Below, piece after piece: positions 11,536 through 23,915 of a stretch of 64,000 nucleotides of DNA (positions are counted from its first letter, which is position 1; every line of letters begins with the position of its first letter). The notes under the pieces are model-generated. The model was not told where the DNA came from. It ran no database searches and was given only the letters and a program-made list of their open reading frames with translations. The position numbers and the translations under genes were made by a program. The DNA comes from Schizochytrium sp. TIO01 (lineage: Eukaryota; Protista; Bigyra: Labyrinthulomycetes): NCBI GenBank assembly GCA_004764695.1, contig SMSO01000025.1, forward strand, positions 5,620,862 to 5,684,861, given 5' to 3'.

Positions 11536-13233
11536 TCTCCCCAATCGAATTTGCTCGCTTTCCTAGCGAGATTGAGATCAGGTTTTGCTTGTAGTTTTTG
11601 CCTTTGTCTAGATTTTGTTCCGCTGGTTAGCACCAGCAGTTGTCTGACTATTTGATATGATGGTACGACCTTCCCATACAACTCAGTATAGGGCTTGTGA
11701 ATTAATTTTTCACTTCCCCGCTGCTGGCTGCTGTAGTGTGGGCCTGTAAAGCTTTCGCCACCCAAACTGCCTCCGCCTTTGGCTTTCTTATTGAGGTTTT
11801 GGTCTTTGTCTGGTCTGCTCCGAGCCAGTTGCGCAGAAATGATCGCGGGGTTTTCAAGCTCCGACTTCAGGCACGATTCCTAGAAGGAAGAACGCTCCGG
11901 ACTCAGGCCCGTCTCCGAGCCTCGAGGAGTTCGCTGTCAGAGCAACGCGGAGCGAGCGGGCAAGTTCGCTCCGTTCTTGATTTCGGTTTTGTCTACTCGT
12001 GATGCCACTCGACGAGCTATCGTTCTGCGAGAAAGAAAGCGCTTCTTGGTCACGGTCGATCTCCAGAAATGTGTCTCCACTAAATACTACTGCAATTCCA
12101 TAATTCTTTTTCCTTTTTTCCCTTTTCCTTCACATAGAAGACAGCGTGAAAAATACTTTCATTACATCTATTCTTATCAAAAGAAAAAATTTGTTCATTG
12201 CTATTCATAATAATAAACTTATTTGTGTAAGAATAAAATGCAAACAGCCTGAGTTGAATAGCAGGCGCGATCAACCAGAAACCCACCACTCATCAATTAA
12301 TTCCCAGGGACACGAAAGTTTCCCGCAATGGCAGATACTCTGGAGTCTATTCTGAACAGCTAATTCTGCGGCTGCATCTTTTGTGACTCTGTCCTCTCTT
12401 CGCCTTCTCATATCGACCTGTGTAGTGCTGCTTTAGGCGCGTCTTTTCTTCCTTTCTGTGTTGTTTCGATTAATCAAAATAATCATCTCTTCAGAATAAT
12501 AAACACTAAAGGAGGCAGTCCTGTAGGGCACTTTCTCTCCAATCTCGAGTAGCTCAGAGTGAGCCTGTAGAGAACGAGATATAACGAAACAGACAGCGCA
12601 AAGGCCTCGAACTTTCTTCGCCTGGGCGGCCAAAGAGCAGGGCTGCTCACTAGCAAATAGCTCGTCGTTGAAAGGCCAGGCATAGGTAGGGTCTATCATA
12701 CGCTGCTCTATTGAACAGTAGCAAACCCTTAGTGGTGGGCGCTTTCGTTAGCGCTTTTTATTTTACATACATTTCTTTACAATTTACAAAATAAAGCTAT
12801 ACTTCATTTAGTTTTGGAGACAGAGTTTTCCCTGGCTTGGCTATTTTTGATTCACTGTTCAAGTTGATTGATTAATTTTGACTGATTGATTGATTGATTC
12901 ATTCATTCATTCATTCATTCATTAATTGATTTTTGTAAAAGTGAAAAGACGTTTTTCATTCTCTTCAAGTTTTTCACTTTTAGCTTTGGTTTTGCTATCA
13001 AAATTACTTTACTTACTACCCTAGGGTACCTGCTGCCTTTGAGGTTGGAAAAGGCTGCATATGAACTATCAAAGCTACCCCGAATCTGAGTCGGCCAAAG
13101 TCTCAAATGTCTTTGGATCCTGCTCAACGTCTCCGGGTCGCATACATGCTGCCACATTTATTCATCCTGGCCTGATGGATCGGATGTTTCATATACTTTC
13201 ATTCATTATACCTCATATTTTATCTCTCTATCT

Positions 13234-13235
13234 AT

Positions 13236-13301
<66 letters not shown>
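13234..13301. repeat. (TTTA)n microsatellite
   Basis: Direct reading. Confidence 0.95.
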
Positions 13302-13303
<2 letters not shown>

Positions 13304-13846
13304 AAGTTTTTGTTTATTTTAAAATACAATATACCTATCCGTATTCATAGTCGCTGCTATTTAGAAAATGGATGGGAACTTGAAGGTAAAGAGGACCCAA
13401 ATTGAGAGATCTAGGAAACGCTTCTTCAATTGGCAAAAACATAACCATCGTGAGTTTGCCTTCAAGCTCGTTTGGATGTGATTGGCTTCATCCTCGTGCA
13501 AGAACTTGAGATCCTGAAGTACCTCCATGCATGCAACACAGATACGAGGTACCTGGGCAGTTTAAGGCATTTTTCGCAGCTCGGCTCCAACATGAGCGGG
13601 CAAAACATTGATTTTCTGAATGGATCAGTGCTCGTCTCTCAGAGGTCTAAAATCCTATTCAACTTTTCAGGAGAGAAGATCGAAGAATTACTTTAAAAAC
13701 AGACGACTCCGTTCGTGCTTCAGACGCTGCTTGGTCGACGCTTTTGAGCTTGAAGCAGTGTAAGTCCTGCCTGCACCCTCTTCAAACTCGTGTCCGTCGT
13801 CCGGGATAAGGAGTCTCGACCAGCCGCAGATCGACAGCGCGAGGCT

Positions 13847-13890
13847 TTCATTCATTCATTCATTCATTCATTCATTCATTCATTCATTCA
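13847..13890. repeat. (TTCA)n microsatellite
   Basis: Direct reading. Confidence 0.95.
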
Positions 13891-14370
13891 TCATTCTCCT
13901 CTCAATTTCCACAACACAGCGATGACCTTTCTCCTACGTTCTCTTTCATTTATAAGTTAACAAGCGCGGCATTCCTCATGTAAAACTTTGTAAAGGATAA
14001 CAAACGAAGGTACATCTCAGGCTTTTTAATTGACATGATGTGCCTTAAACGTGCGTTTTTTTAATGGTTGGTCTATTCGTGCGAATTCTCTTCTTTTCTG
14101 TCTGAGAAAGGACGTTTGTGACCGGTTCAAGTGCCCGAAAAAGCGCTTTTCAGGTCGAAATCGGGCCGCTTTCAGGCACAGGCTTTGCAATGGCTGCTGA
14201 GTAGAAATTGCTGTGCACTGCCTCGACAGCACTTAACTCAAGCAGAAATTTCTGAGGATGCGGCCGGGCCTGAAGCCAAAGTGCGTCCAAGATGGCTAAT
14301 TCTCGCTTTGAATTCCTACATTACGTTTATATTAATCTAGAGCTCTTCTCAGAACATCCAATGGAACAGA

Positions 14371-14415
14371 CGGTGATCAGCACCGGCTCCGGGACTTCAA
14401 CCTCTGAAGCTCCTA
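14371..14415 (+). ncRNA. Two-hairpin structured leader upstream of tRNA-Asp copy 1 (representative; homologous element precedes all 18 copies)
   Basis: CGGTG-ATCAG-CACCG, 5-nt linker, GGGACTTCA-ACCTC-TGAAGCTCC, 2 nt, then tRNA. Covariation is seen across copies (see findings). Confidence 0.65.
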
Positions 14416-14487
14416 TTCCAGATAGTATAGTGGCTAGTATCCCCGCCTGTCACGCGGGAGACCCGGGTTCAATTCCCGGTCTGGAAA
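14416..14487 (+). tRNA. tRNA-Asp(GTC) copy 1
   Basis: 72-nt cloverleaf TTCCAGA-TA-GTAT-AGTGGCTA-GTAT-C-CCCGC-CTGTCAC-GCGGG-AGAC-CCGGG-TTCAATT-CCCGG-TCTGGAA-A, with A/B boxes and a downstream oligo-T terminator. Confidence 0.97.
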
Positions 14488-16249
14488 GATTTTCTTTTTC
14501 TCCTCTGGTTATTAGAAAAGAGATTTTTTTATGTTTTTTGTTCTCTTCTTCTTGTAACATCTTTTCCTTTTTTCTTTCAGTATTAGTTTCGTATGATAGC
14601 GGCTCCTTCAAGTTTAAAATATAGTACTAGTAGCAAGATTAAAAAAAAAAGTTATTCTATTATAATTTTTGTTTAAAACACTTTTTAATAAGGTATATTT
14701 TTTTATTGAATGATACTTTGTTTAATCTTCCTGGTAGGTATCATCTACCTAATAGCTACTTTCGGCCACATTTGGATAAGATCACAGTTTCATGGCCTTT
14801 TGTTTGGTTTGGTTTTCGAGGCATCTTCGAGCTCGTCGCTCTTGACATCGCCTGAAGAAACTGGACTTTCGATCAAATCCTGCGAACGAGCGACGCATTA
14901 GATTCCTTCCTTCGAATTTCATTTCATTCACTCAATAACATGTGTCGATGGACCAGTCATCTGCGTTCGGCGCGCTCACGCGTTTGCAGTCCGTATGAAA
15001 GGTCCGAGCAGTTTGCCCCGATAGAAACAGGACAAGATCGTGGTCTGAGTGACCGTCGAACACAAATAATATGAAATTCGAAGGAATGGAATCTGAAGGA
15101 ATGGAATTCGAAGGAATGAAAGCATGAAAATATAAATCGCGCGCGCGTCTATTGGGATGAGTGAAAACAACAATGCTCTAAGTTTGGCACAAGCAGCCCA
15201 AAATCTAAGGGATCTCATATAGATCAGCACTGCGAAGTGCACAGAACTCAGTTGATGGATGGGGAGGTTCTAAGTAGCAAACTTGAAAGTGAATTCTGTA
15301 AAACAACCAAAAGCTCGGATTTAGTGGGCTGGATTTGCCCACACACGCAGTTCGCTTGTGTCGAGTTGGACCGGCACCCACACATACATAGACACATACA
15401 GACATACATCTATATACCACCCAGTTGCAAGATCTTGACCTGCAAAAAGTAGCGTAAAGACAGAAATAGCTAGATACACAACAGCTGTTCTGACCTTCGA
15501 TGAATGACATGCTTCGTTGTAATTTCGAAACCTGTGCATTTTGCAACATCTCGTGGCCTTCCGTAGCACTTAGTTCTACTCCTCGACCATACGAGGTGGG
15601 GAGGGCTATGCTGCATGAAGCAGCGGGGGAGCTTAGATTTGCCGGCGCTGCTCGTGCGGAGCCAAGTTGGTCCACGGTGCTAAACTAAGATGTGAAAACT
15701 CCGAGCAGATGTCTTGGGTGTGCACCTACATTTTTGCGAGAATTCTCATGAAATTACTATTTCTGAGGTAGTAAAATGCCCCTTAAAGATGTTCTCAAGA
15801 TCACGTCTGACTTTAGATGCACATTGGCCGTGCTACTCTCTTGAGCAATCTGCTCACTTTAAGTCCAACTTGAAGCTAGACAGGTAGGTACCTAGCTGCC
15901 CTAGTCCTTAGGAACTCGTGGAAGCGGAGCTCGAATATGCGTGCCTCCGTTCGCGCGATCAGCCTAACACTTCCCGGCTAGGCACTTTCTCTCCACCGAG
16001 ACTGGTTTGTGTAAATAAGAACGATAAATCGAAGCTTAAGCCCTCGTGGGTGTCGCCACCTTGATACAAACAAGAGTGCTTGCTGTTGCACATTCACGTC
16101 ATTCATTAAATTAGTTTGTTTGATTGTTGGCTCAATTACCCCGCTGATGTCCAGACCCAACGAAAGGGTATGTCCACTGCAAAATTTTGGTCATCAATCG
16201 GAAAAAACGGTGATGAACACCGCACTTGGCAGCTTATCTAAGTTACCTG

Positions 16250-16321
16250 TTCCAGATAGTATAGTGGCTAGTATCCCCGCCTGTCACGCGGGAGACCCGG
16301 GTTCAATTCCCGGTCTGGAAA
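16250..16321 (+). tRNA. tRNA-Asp(GTC) copy 2
   Basis: Identical 72-mer, T-run downstream. Confidence 0.97.
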
Positions 16322-17899
16322 GATTTCCTTTTTCCCTTTTTTTCCTTTTTTAAATATAAATAATATAAAAATTAAATTAACTCGAAAAGCCTGAATTTTT
16401 TAAAGCTGGAAGACACCCTTTCTTGTCATAGAATCCAGATGGCCTCCTTTTTACTTATAAATAGAAATCTCAATATAGCTAAGTCCACACAAACAATGTC
16501 TATTTGTACAGGATTATAATGGTCGTGAATACCTTTTAAAACAACTTCTTGCTTTGCACATTTGTGATCAAATGATTATAGCTCATGGACATTAGCATGC
16601 CTTCACAGTATCCAGCTAATAAAAATGGAAACGTTTGTACTCTGCGATATGAATGCCTACACTATCTATATTTCATCTAAAGTTCGAGCAGTAAATAAAT
16701 TGTCCAGGTATGTAAACGTACCCTATAATATGCGTACTGATGCTCTCGCGTGAGATTGGTTTCTGCGTCAGTAAAATTGCAATACAAGCATTACTGGTGA
16801 ATGTATTTGCATAAAGTTCGGTTCGTTATCTTTGATTCGAATGTTTGAAAGATCCAAACATTAAAACCTTTGACAATTACTAGAAAAAACTTTCACAATG
16901 TGAACCTTGCATTTGACTAAACCCCTAACATGGTGTTCTGGTACTTTGTTGAGACTGAGAATATATAAAAGGGACACGCACGGCTTTGACAATCAACACC
17001 TCTGTAGACCCATAAACTCTAAACAATCCAACTAAGGATATGAATTACAGCAACATGTGAAAGAATCGTATGTATATATGTGCCCCTGGACAGTGAGATG
17101 GGATTTGCTAATCTAGGTTTTATACACTGCACCAGAATCTCACCAAAACATTGATCTAAGCCCCTATTGTTAGTCACATAAGCTCAGTTAAAATCATATA
17201 TGTTTATCTTTTATAGGATGCTATTGAGTACACGCCGGTACTCGCGGCGTATATATGTGACAATTTACTATTGCCATGTATTCTTCTCTGTTTCATGTAG
17301 CTCATGCTTTAAATCAAAAAATATTCAAGTCAACGGCGAATGTTATCTTGACTAGATCTCTCATTAAGACAATAGACGATCAGCTTAATCATGAATTAAT
17401 TCTAGTTTGTAGAGGTGAGGAATTGCTTACAAAGAACTGAAATTGTGTCCAGACTAGTTAGAATTGCGCATGCAACACGCATGACTGTAGTGCAAACTCT
17501 TGAGAAACGATCATGCTGAGGTTTTTAATCGAAGGATTATGTAGACAAGACATTAGCAGATTTTGTAGCACACTATTTAAAGTCCTAAACTACTAGGACT
17601 TGTATATGACGTGAATATAACTATCAGATACGAAGGTGTGAGACCAAGGGAACTTGAGAGTGAAAGTTCAATCGTTACGTAAGGACCACCAAGGTTTGTG
17701 ATTGAAAAAAATATCTAAGTTTGTCTCTTGAGTTTTGCTTAATGATAGGTGAATCCCACTTTACTAGTCCCCTAATTAAAATATCAACCAACCCACCTGG
17801 GGGCTCATCTTCGAGGTCGGAAAATCACTAACGCATAAGCCCAAGTATGCAATGCCTTCTCAAATGTTACTGTGCTTTCCAAGCCCCTTGCCTTCATAT

Positions 17900-19000
17900 C
17901 CCTAGTGTACGTCTGACGACTCAAATACAGCTTTCAACAGGGAAGATTTTTTTAGTTATAAGCTAGAATTTTGTTGGTTTGATAATGGTATTTCAAGTTT
18001 TTGCTGATATACGAACTTCAAACGTTTGTAACCTTTGTGAAGCCTCCATGCAACTTTGCTTATGGTGATCGTTAACAATTTTCTCTAGATTCGCTGGGAT
18101 ATGAATAAGCTCTCGTTTATTGACATGGATGTTGATATACGCCAATACAGTAGTATAGACAATCCAGACGTATGGCGAGGTAGCCTGCTTGCAAGGCTTG
18201 TACCAGAGACACTTTTCATATAATATACAACATCTCCAGCTCAAAACTGACCTTTTCAAATGCTCTGCAAGTTTGAAAGAGTAACGCTTCACATGAGGAC
18301 TGTTTATGTAGTTGCAAATCAAGGTGACCAGTTAGCTACACTGCTGAAAGGCATATAGATCTTCATTTTGGTAGAAAGTCTCATGAAAGCTAAGTTTCTG
18401 GGCAGATAAATGTGGAACCACAAAAGAATGCAATAAGTTTGAGCTTACCTTATCGCTGTTCATAAACGTTGTCAAATTGACTAGTATGTAGCCAGATACC
18501 AATATTGGGCACACAGAAATAGCATTAAAAACCTTTCGGATGACCTGGGGCTTGCGAAAGGCTATTCTACTACATCAATTTCGTAGCAACAGGCTTACGA
18601 TACTCTTCATATTTGTCCATATCATTTATTAAGGTAAACTTTGTAAAAACAATTACAGCAAAATCGAGGGTTTACGTAGCGATATTCTCTTATGATAAAG
18701 CTACCCGAAGGAAGATGCACGAGTGTTTTCAACAGTATATTTGAGACGACAGGTTCCGAATATGCGTAAAGCATTTAAAAAGGTTATTATGTATGCTTTG
18801 TATACCTTGCTCAACCGGAGTTGTTTCAAAACCATGGTGATAGAAACAGTGCATTATGAATGGTTTCGAGATGCGACATAAGAAGACAAGAAACAGTGGT
18901 ATTCACCTACCATCCCAAATTGTAATTCAAGCTTAACAAAAATTTTGATCCGACCAAATCATCTAACGTAGCTTTTGAACATGAATTTACATAAGCGCAA
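17900..19000 (-). mobile_element. Heavily decayed Ty1/copia-like RT-RNase H relic (boundaries approximate)
   Basis: Manual minus-strand translation across stops and frameshifts gives, in copia order: GFETTPVEQGI..THIRNL (GF..S..DPCLY..YVDDL-like), YRKPVATKLM (CKPV.TPM-like), NLLHSFVVPH, then KRSVLSW..LWYKPCKQAT (RKSTSG..ISWKSKKQ.T-like). Confidence 0.45.
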
Positions 19001-19241
19001 ACCTGTAGACCCGTAGGACATACTCCCAGCCTAATTCCTAAGCAGCTTACTAACGTATTATTTTGAATTACGAGAAGAGGTAATCTATTTACCTATACAT
19101 AATACCTAGCTAGGTGCTTCCGCTGTTTTTGTCTAAATCAAAAGTGCTTAAGACTATATATACGCATACGCACCCGGTGATACCATCAGATGGAAAAAAC
19201 GGTGATGAACACCGATCCAGGCGATTAATTCAAATTGCCAA

Positions 19242-19313
19242 TTCCAGATAGTATAGTGGCTAGTATCCCCGCCTGTCACGCGGGAGACCCGGGTTCAATT
19301 CCCGGTCTGGAAA
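19242..19313 (+). tRNA. tRNA-Asp(GTC) copy 3
   Basis: Identical 72-mer, T-run downstream. Confidence 0.97.
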
Positions 19314-19599
19314 CATTTTTTTTATTTCCATTTTCTTAAATATTGTTTAATTTTTTAAAATACCCCCAGTACCTCATCACAAAATAGATAATTCGCAGCA
19401 GGAACAAACTTTTAGATCTTCAAAGGCATTCCTGCGATCTATATTTGCTATCTGCTTTTTTTATGCAACTACTTTAAGCTCTCTCTTTTATAATACAGAT
19501 ACCATTGGGTTGCAGTCGTAAATGTTAGTCTAAAACTTGTCTACCCCAACTATTGCTCTTCGTCTTCAACGATTGGTTTCGAGAGAGAATTGGGTAAGA

Positions 19600-22500
19600 C
19601 ACTTTCCCCTGACAATTCGCGACTGATCTTTTTCAAGAAGAAGAGTCCTAAAGGGTGTAAGTCTTACGCTTTGCTACACGCGTGGCGATATCGGTTAGCT
19701 GTAAGATGTAGCTGTAATTTAAGGATTTAGATGGCATCTGTGGACGGAATTTTAGACAAAATTGAGCAAGTTAAAGAGCTTTCCGATCAGACGCCATACT
19801 ATAACAGATTGCGATAGTTTAGCCTGCGAAGTCGTAAGTATAATTTTTAGTTGGTTTTCCTTTGTAATTCGTAAAGCAACACAGTTATCAAACTGAGAGC
19901 CTTCCTTTCAAACAAATACTGAAGCAGGATTTCAAATATGCAGATGTGCGTTATAAGATTCGATGAATATAACGGTACCTTTGACATAGTTCGTGACTTT
20001 CTGGCACAGGCTTCGAGATACGTGTGGGTATCTTGGCGAATTGTAAAAGGTTCACAGACCGCCTTTCACCCCACAACCCCACATGGGTACCTCGAAGCAT
20101 TCATGTGCTGTCCATGATTAACTTTCAGGACAGCTAGTTGAATTGAAATGATATCAAAAGAAACAGTGGTGTTCGAAGTCAAGATCCTTTACTTGAATTT
20201 TAAAAAGAGCCCATAATAAGGATGATATACCTACCTTTGCGTAGTGCGAAGAAACATCTGGATGCATAGAATCATCAGAAAATCTTGAACCAGAACTTGA
20301 ACTTTCGTTGATTCGCTGAATCGACCTAACCGACAACATACGTAAGTTGGAAACATGCCATTTCTACGGTTGGGAAAATATGTCGTAAAGTCTTCTTCTC
20401 CCACCTCACTAACCCGAACGATGCCACTCTTCTGCAATCATTTCAAACCAAAAGTATCTCATTCATTGAGTCAATCTGTCGATGTTTTTGATATGTATAT
20501 TGCAGAGTAGTTTGTGCTGTGAAGTGTGCAGAGGTAGTCTGACAAGGATGGCGAACTCAGGAGAAAGAGAAAGAAGATGATATTTGAGATATTGGGGTTC
20601 GGGTCTGCATACAGGCAGGATGAATATATATGGACAGAAGAGCTTGGCTAGGTTTGGTTGGGTTAGGTCAGACACTTAGCTCTGTGTTACTTCAATAATT
20701 TATACATACACATATATTACAAGGACAACATAATCTCCGGGAGATGGCATTCGAGGATATTAACGTAGGTGGACTCCTTCAACATCTCTGTTCTTCAAGG
20801 TTATTATGGTGCTTCTGGAAGCAGAAGCCATATGTGGTAGTTCATGGGGGAAAAATGTTATGTTTGTAAATTTTAAGACAAAACCTTGACAGAGGACAAA
20901 CACGAAGGGTACTAGTAACTAATGAAGTCTTGAACGGCCCGGGTAGTATACGTCAAGATACAGTGACGGTAGCTTTATTTTGAGGAATGTGCTAATAATA
21001 GATTGCATCCAAAGTTTGAAGTGGTGACTCGAGATCTCAGAGGTTACCAACTTAAAGGAAGGAATTGTTACGCGATAAATAAATATTACAATGTATACTT
21101 TCTTACACTATGATCAATCTTAACGCCATAGACGTAAGTACTTCTCCTCCATGCGCTCTAGGAAAGATCTTGACAACATGTCGCTATATTCCATATCAAT
21201 TATTTCAAGAAAATAGTCATACAGGATGATAATTATAGAAACTCTCAGTGATGTTGCCGACCAAGCTAAACAGAAAGGTATCACACTTCGAGATACAATG
21301 GGAAAATGACCAAAAATTGACTTAGAAAAAGTAATTCACAACGATCGAGATAATCTTAAGTCAACGAATTTAGGTTTTAAAACCCTGTAGGTGACGAACG
21401 ACGTATGTACCTCCTGATCATGGATAGAAAACATACCACAAAGTCAACTTCTGTCTCGTCGAATATACAAAAAAGAAATTGCAAGTGCTAGCGAAATCCG
21501 AGGAGAGTTGTGCAAGTTGACACTGAACAATATGTTAGCCAAACCATGACTAATGGGTCTATGAACGAAGGATGTTGATGTCAATCAATATGGACAATAG
21601 CCTCAACCAGGATATACGAAGCACAATAATTACACAAATCCATGTACATAAAATAGTTATTAGAGTAGGCCAGTACGTATACTATGAAGGATGCACACTG
21701 AGGCTTTAGCAGAGGATAATTACATCGTACTCTGCTTCAGAACTTGCCATACATAGAACTGTATATGTCTTTCTAGACACGTTAAACAGTTGCATATAGA
21801 TGGTAGGGAGACACGATGAGATCCAACAAATAGATCATCAGACATATACAGTCATGACTTAAATAATATGTTGTTCGAAAGTTAAAACAGAATATAGAGA
21901 GGCAGATGTTGACTTTTACAAATACCACAAAATGATATGCAACCTCGAACACTCGGTTGCATTATTGGTAATCGTTATATATCTCTATCAAAGCCTTTTC
22001 GGTGTACGCCTTGTGCACATTTTCTTGTCGTTTGGGCATTTCCAACTGAGTAAAATACTAAGATCCGGATTACCTATAGTGACAAAGAGGACACATTATG
22101 TAAGCCTCAGCAAACGGACAAGTGCGGAAACACTTCTGTCAGAAGAATACACGGAATCGACTGTGTATGAGAATAAACGACATCAGCCCTAATTCACAGG
22201 AAAGGAGACGTGTGTATTCTGGTCATTCATAATCCATCGGAACTCATTTACCGCGGAGAATTTAGGGACACATGAAGGTTTTACTTGCGTAACGAGTGAC
22301 ACAACAGATATTCTCGTGACAGAGCACATGGATACTTCAGTATTCTGCACATAATCTAACTTGTTGGGTCTCAAATGCAACTATACGCTAATTTTACTTT
22401 ATGGTATATCAACATGTTCTCAACATAAATATAGAGAATCGACCGACTTCTGTTCACTTACATTCTATAAAATTGTGACTGGGGTCATCAGACAGCTGTA
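19600..22500 (+). mobile_element. Decayed Ty1/copia-like retrotransposon relic (integrase then RT; boundaries approximate)
   Basis: RWHSR (20745) and CYVC (20856) lie in the same frame 37 codons apart (WHxRLGH..CxxC zinc finger). They are followed by LNGP, VLIIDCIQSLKW, FLHYDQ and TCRYIPYQ (integrase-core-like), then IYLYQSLFGVR (RT KSLYGLK-like). Many stops and frameshifts. Confidence 0.55.
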
Positions 22501-23206
22501 TCAAAACATATAACTGTTAAATAGCGAGTCTCACTTGTAATCCCAAAACACATAAATTCACGTTTTACTAGATTAATTTTTCCATTGACCTTTCCTGCAT
22601 GTAAATTTGTTCAGCAGGGGGAACGATGGGGCCCGGTTAAAGCTTTGGTTACATGCTCTTAATGCAATGCAAGTCTTTCTTTTGAGCAAGTTCAAAATGT
22701 CTATTCATGAAAACTTTTGTTATAGGATTCTCGTAGGTATATGGTATTTTTGTTACTCAAGTAACTTCCCGCTGCCTGTTGTTAATATTGCTTAGTGAGG
22801 GAAAATGTAATAAAAATGAACTAATATTAATGGCCATAGCATACACGCTTCCTTTCTCTATTTCAACCCATCGTGAGTTCTCTAAGGAGAAACTGAAAAC
22901 CAGAAAAGACTAGTTAGATTTTTTATTTTTTTAAATTCAGGTCTTGTTCCCTTGGTTGTGGTTATCGAGGTTTTACAAGTTTAAAGTAACTATTATCAAA
23001 ATTTATATAACTATAGCTATGGGTACAATATCAACATTATTCGCGAAACACTCCAAGCTATCCTTTCCAACTATATTGACTATGTAAAGAATATGAAACA
23101 ACAATAATCTGAAGGAATTGTTTATATGGTCTGATCTCCTTTCGCATACATCAGTTGGAAAAAACGGTGATTAACATCGATTACGGAAGCTCATTTGAGT
23201 TACCAA

Positions 23207-23278
23207 TTCCAGATAGTATAGTGGCTAGTATCCCCGCCTGTCACGCGGGAGACCCGGGTTCAATTCCCGGTCTGGAAA
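23207..23278 (+). tRNA. tRNA-Asp(GTC) copy 4
   Basis: Identical 72-mer. Confidence 0.97.
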
Positions 23279-23412
23279 GGAATATTTTTTGCTACTTCCA
23301 GTTATAAACTTTTTTATGCGAGTTTCACTAGTGGTATATAAAGAGCAATGGATTTGTAAAGTTTCAGCGGTGATCATAACCGGCGATGGGAGCTCATGAA
23401 GTGAGTTACCAG

Positions 23413-23484
23413 TTCCAGATAGTATAGTGGCTAGTATCCCCGCCTGTCACGCGGGAGACCCGGGTTCAATTCCCGGTCTGGAAA
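23413..23484 (+). tRNA. tRNA-Asp(GTC) copy 5
   Basis: Identical 72-mer. Confidence 0.97.
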
Positions 23485-23611
23485 GAGTATTCTTTTTTAT
23501 TTTCCACATGTCAAAAATAATGTCTTAGGTTAGGTTATGAATGCTATCAACTTTTGGGGTTTCAACCGGTGATCACAGCCGGATCTGGGAGTTCATCAAA
23601 TGAGCTACCAA

Positions 23612-23683
23612 TTCCAGATAGTATAGTGGCTAGTATCCCCGCCTGTCACGCGGGAGACCCGGGTTCAATTCCCGGTCTGGAAA
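23612..23683 (+). tRNA. tRNA-Asp(GTC) copy 6
   Basis: Identical 72-mer. Confidence 0.97.
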
Positions 23684-23696
23684 GGATTATTTTTTT

Positions 23697-23915
23697 TTCT
23701 GTCGATTTGAAAAAGTTTTTTATTTGTTTTTTATTCTGTCGATTTGAAAAAGTTTTTTATTTGTTTTTTATTCTGTCGATTTGAAAAAGTTTTTTATTTG
23801 TTTTTTATTCTGTCGATTTGAAAAAGTTTTTTATTTGTTTTTTTTTTCTGTCGATTTGAAAAAGTTTTTTATTTGTTTTTTTTTCTGTCGATTTGAAAAA
23901 GTTTTTATTTGTTTT
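23697..23915. repeat. 37-bp minisatellite x6 (TTCTGTCGATTTGAAAAAGTTTTTTATTTGTTTTTTA)
   Basis: Units start at 23697, 23734, 23771, 23808, 23846 and 23883. Confidence 0.95.

Noticed and set aside
15071-15120. Short 15-bp triplications here and at about 36121-36166
   Set aside because: Simple local slippage; no evidence of function.
16208-16222. H1 as a purely DNA CGG-N9-CCG (Zn2Cys6-type) site
   Set aside because: Not excluded, but disfavoured: copy 4 has TCG, and strand-specific G-T wobbles plus compensatory changes in both hairpins fit RNA pairing better.
19600-22500. Stop-codon reassignment explaining the interrupted frames
   Set aside because: All three stop types and frameshifts occur, and the intact genes use TAA, TAG and TGA as normal stops.
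23567-23581. H1 loop GATCACA read as an anticodon arm with a TCA (Sec/opal) anticodon
   Set aside because: The central triplet varies among copies (TCA, TGA, TTA, TCG), there is no U33, and there is no D-arm, T-arm or acceptor stem.
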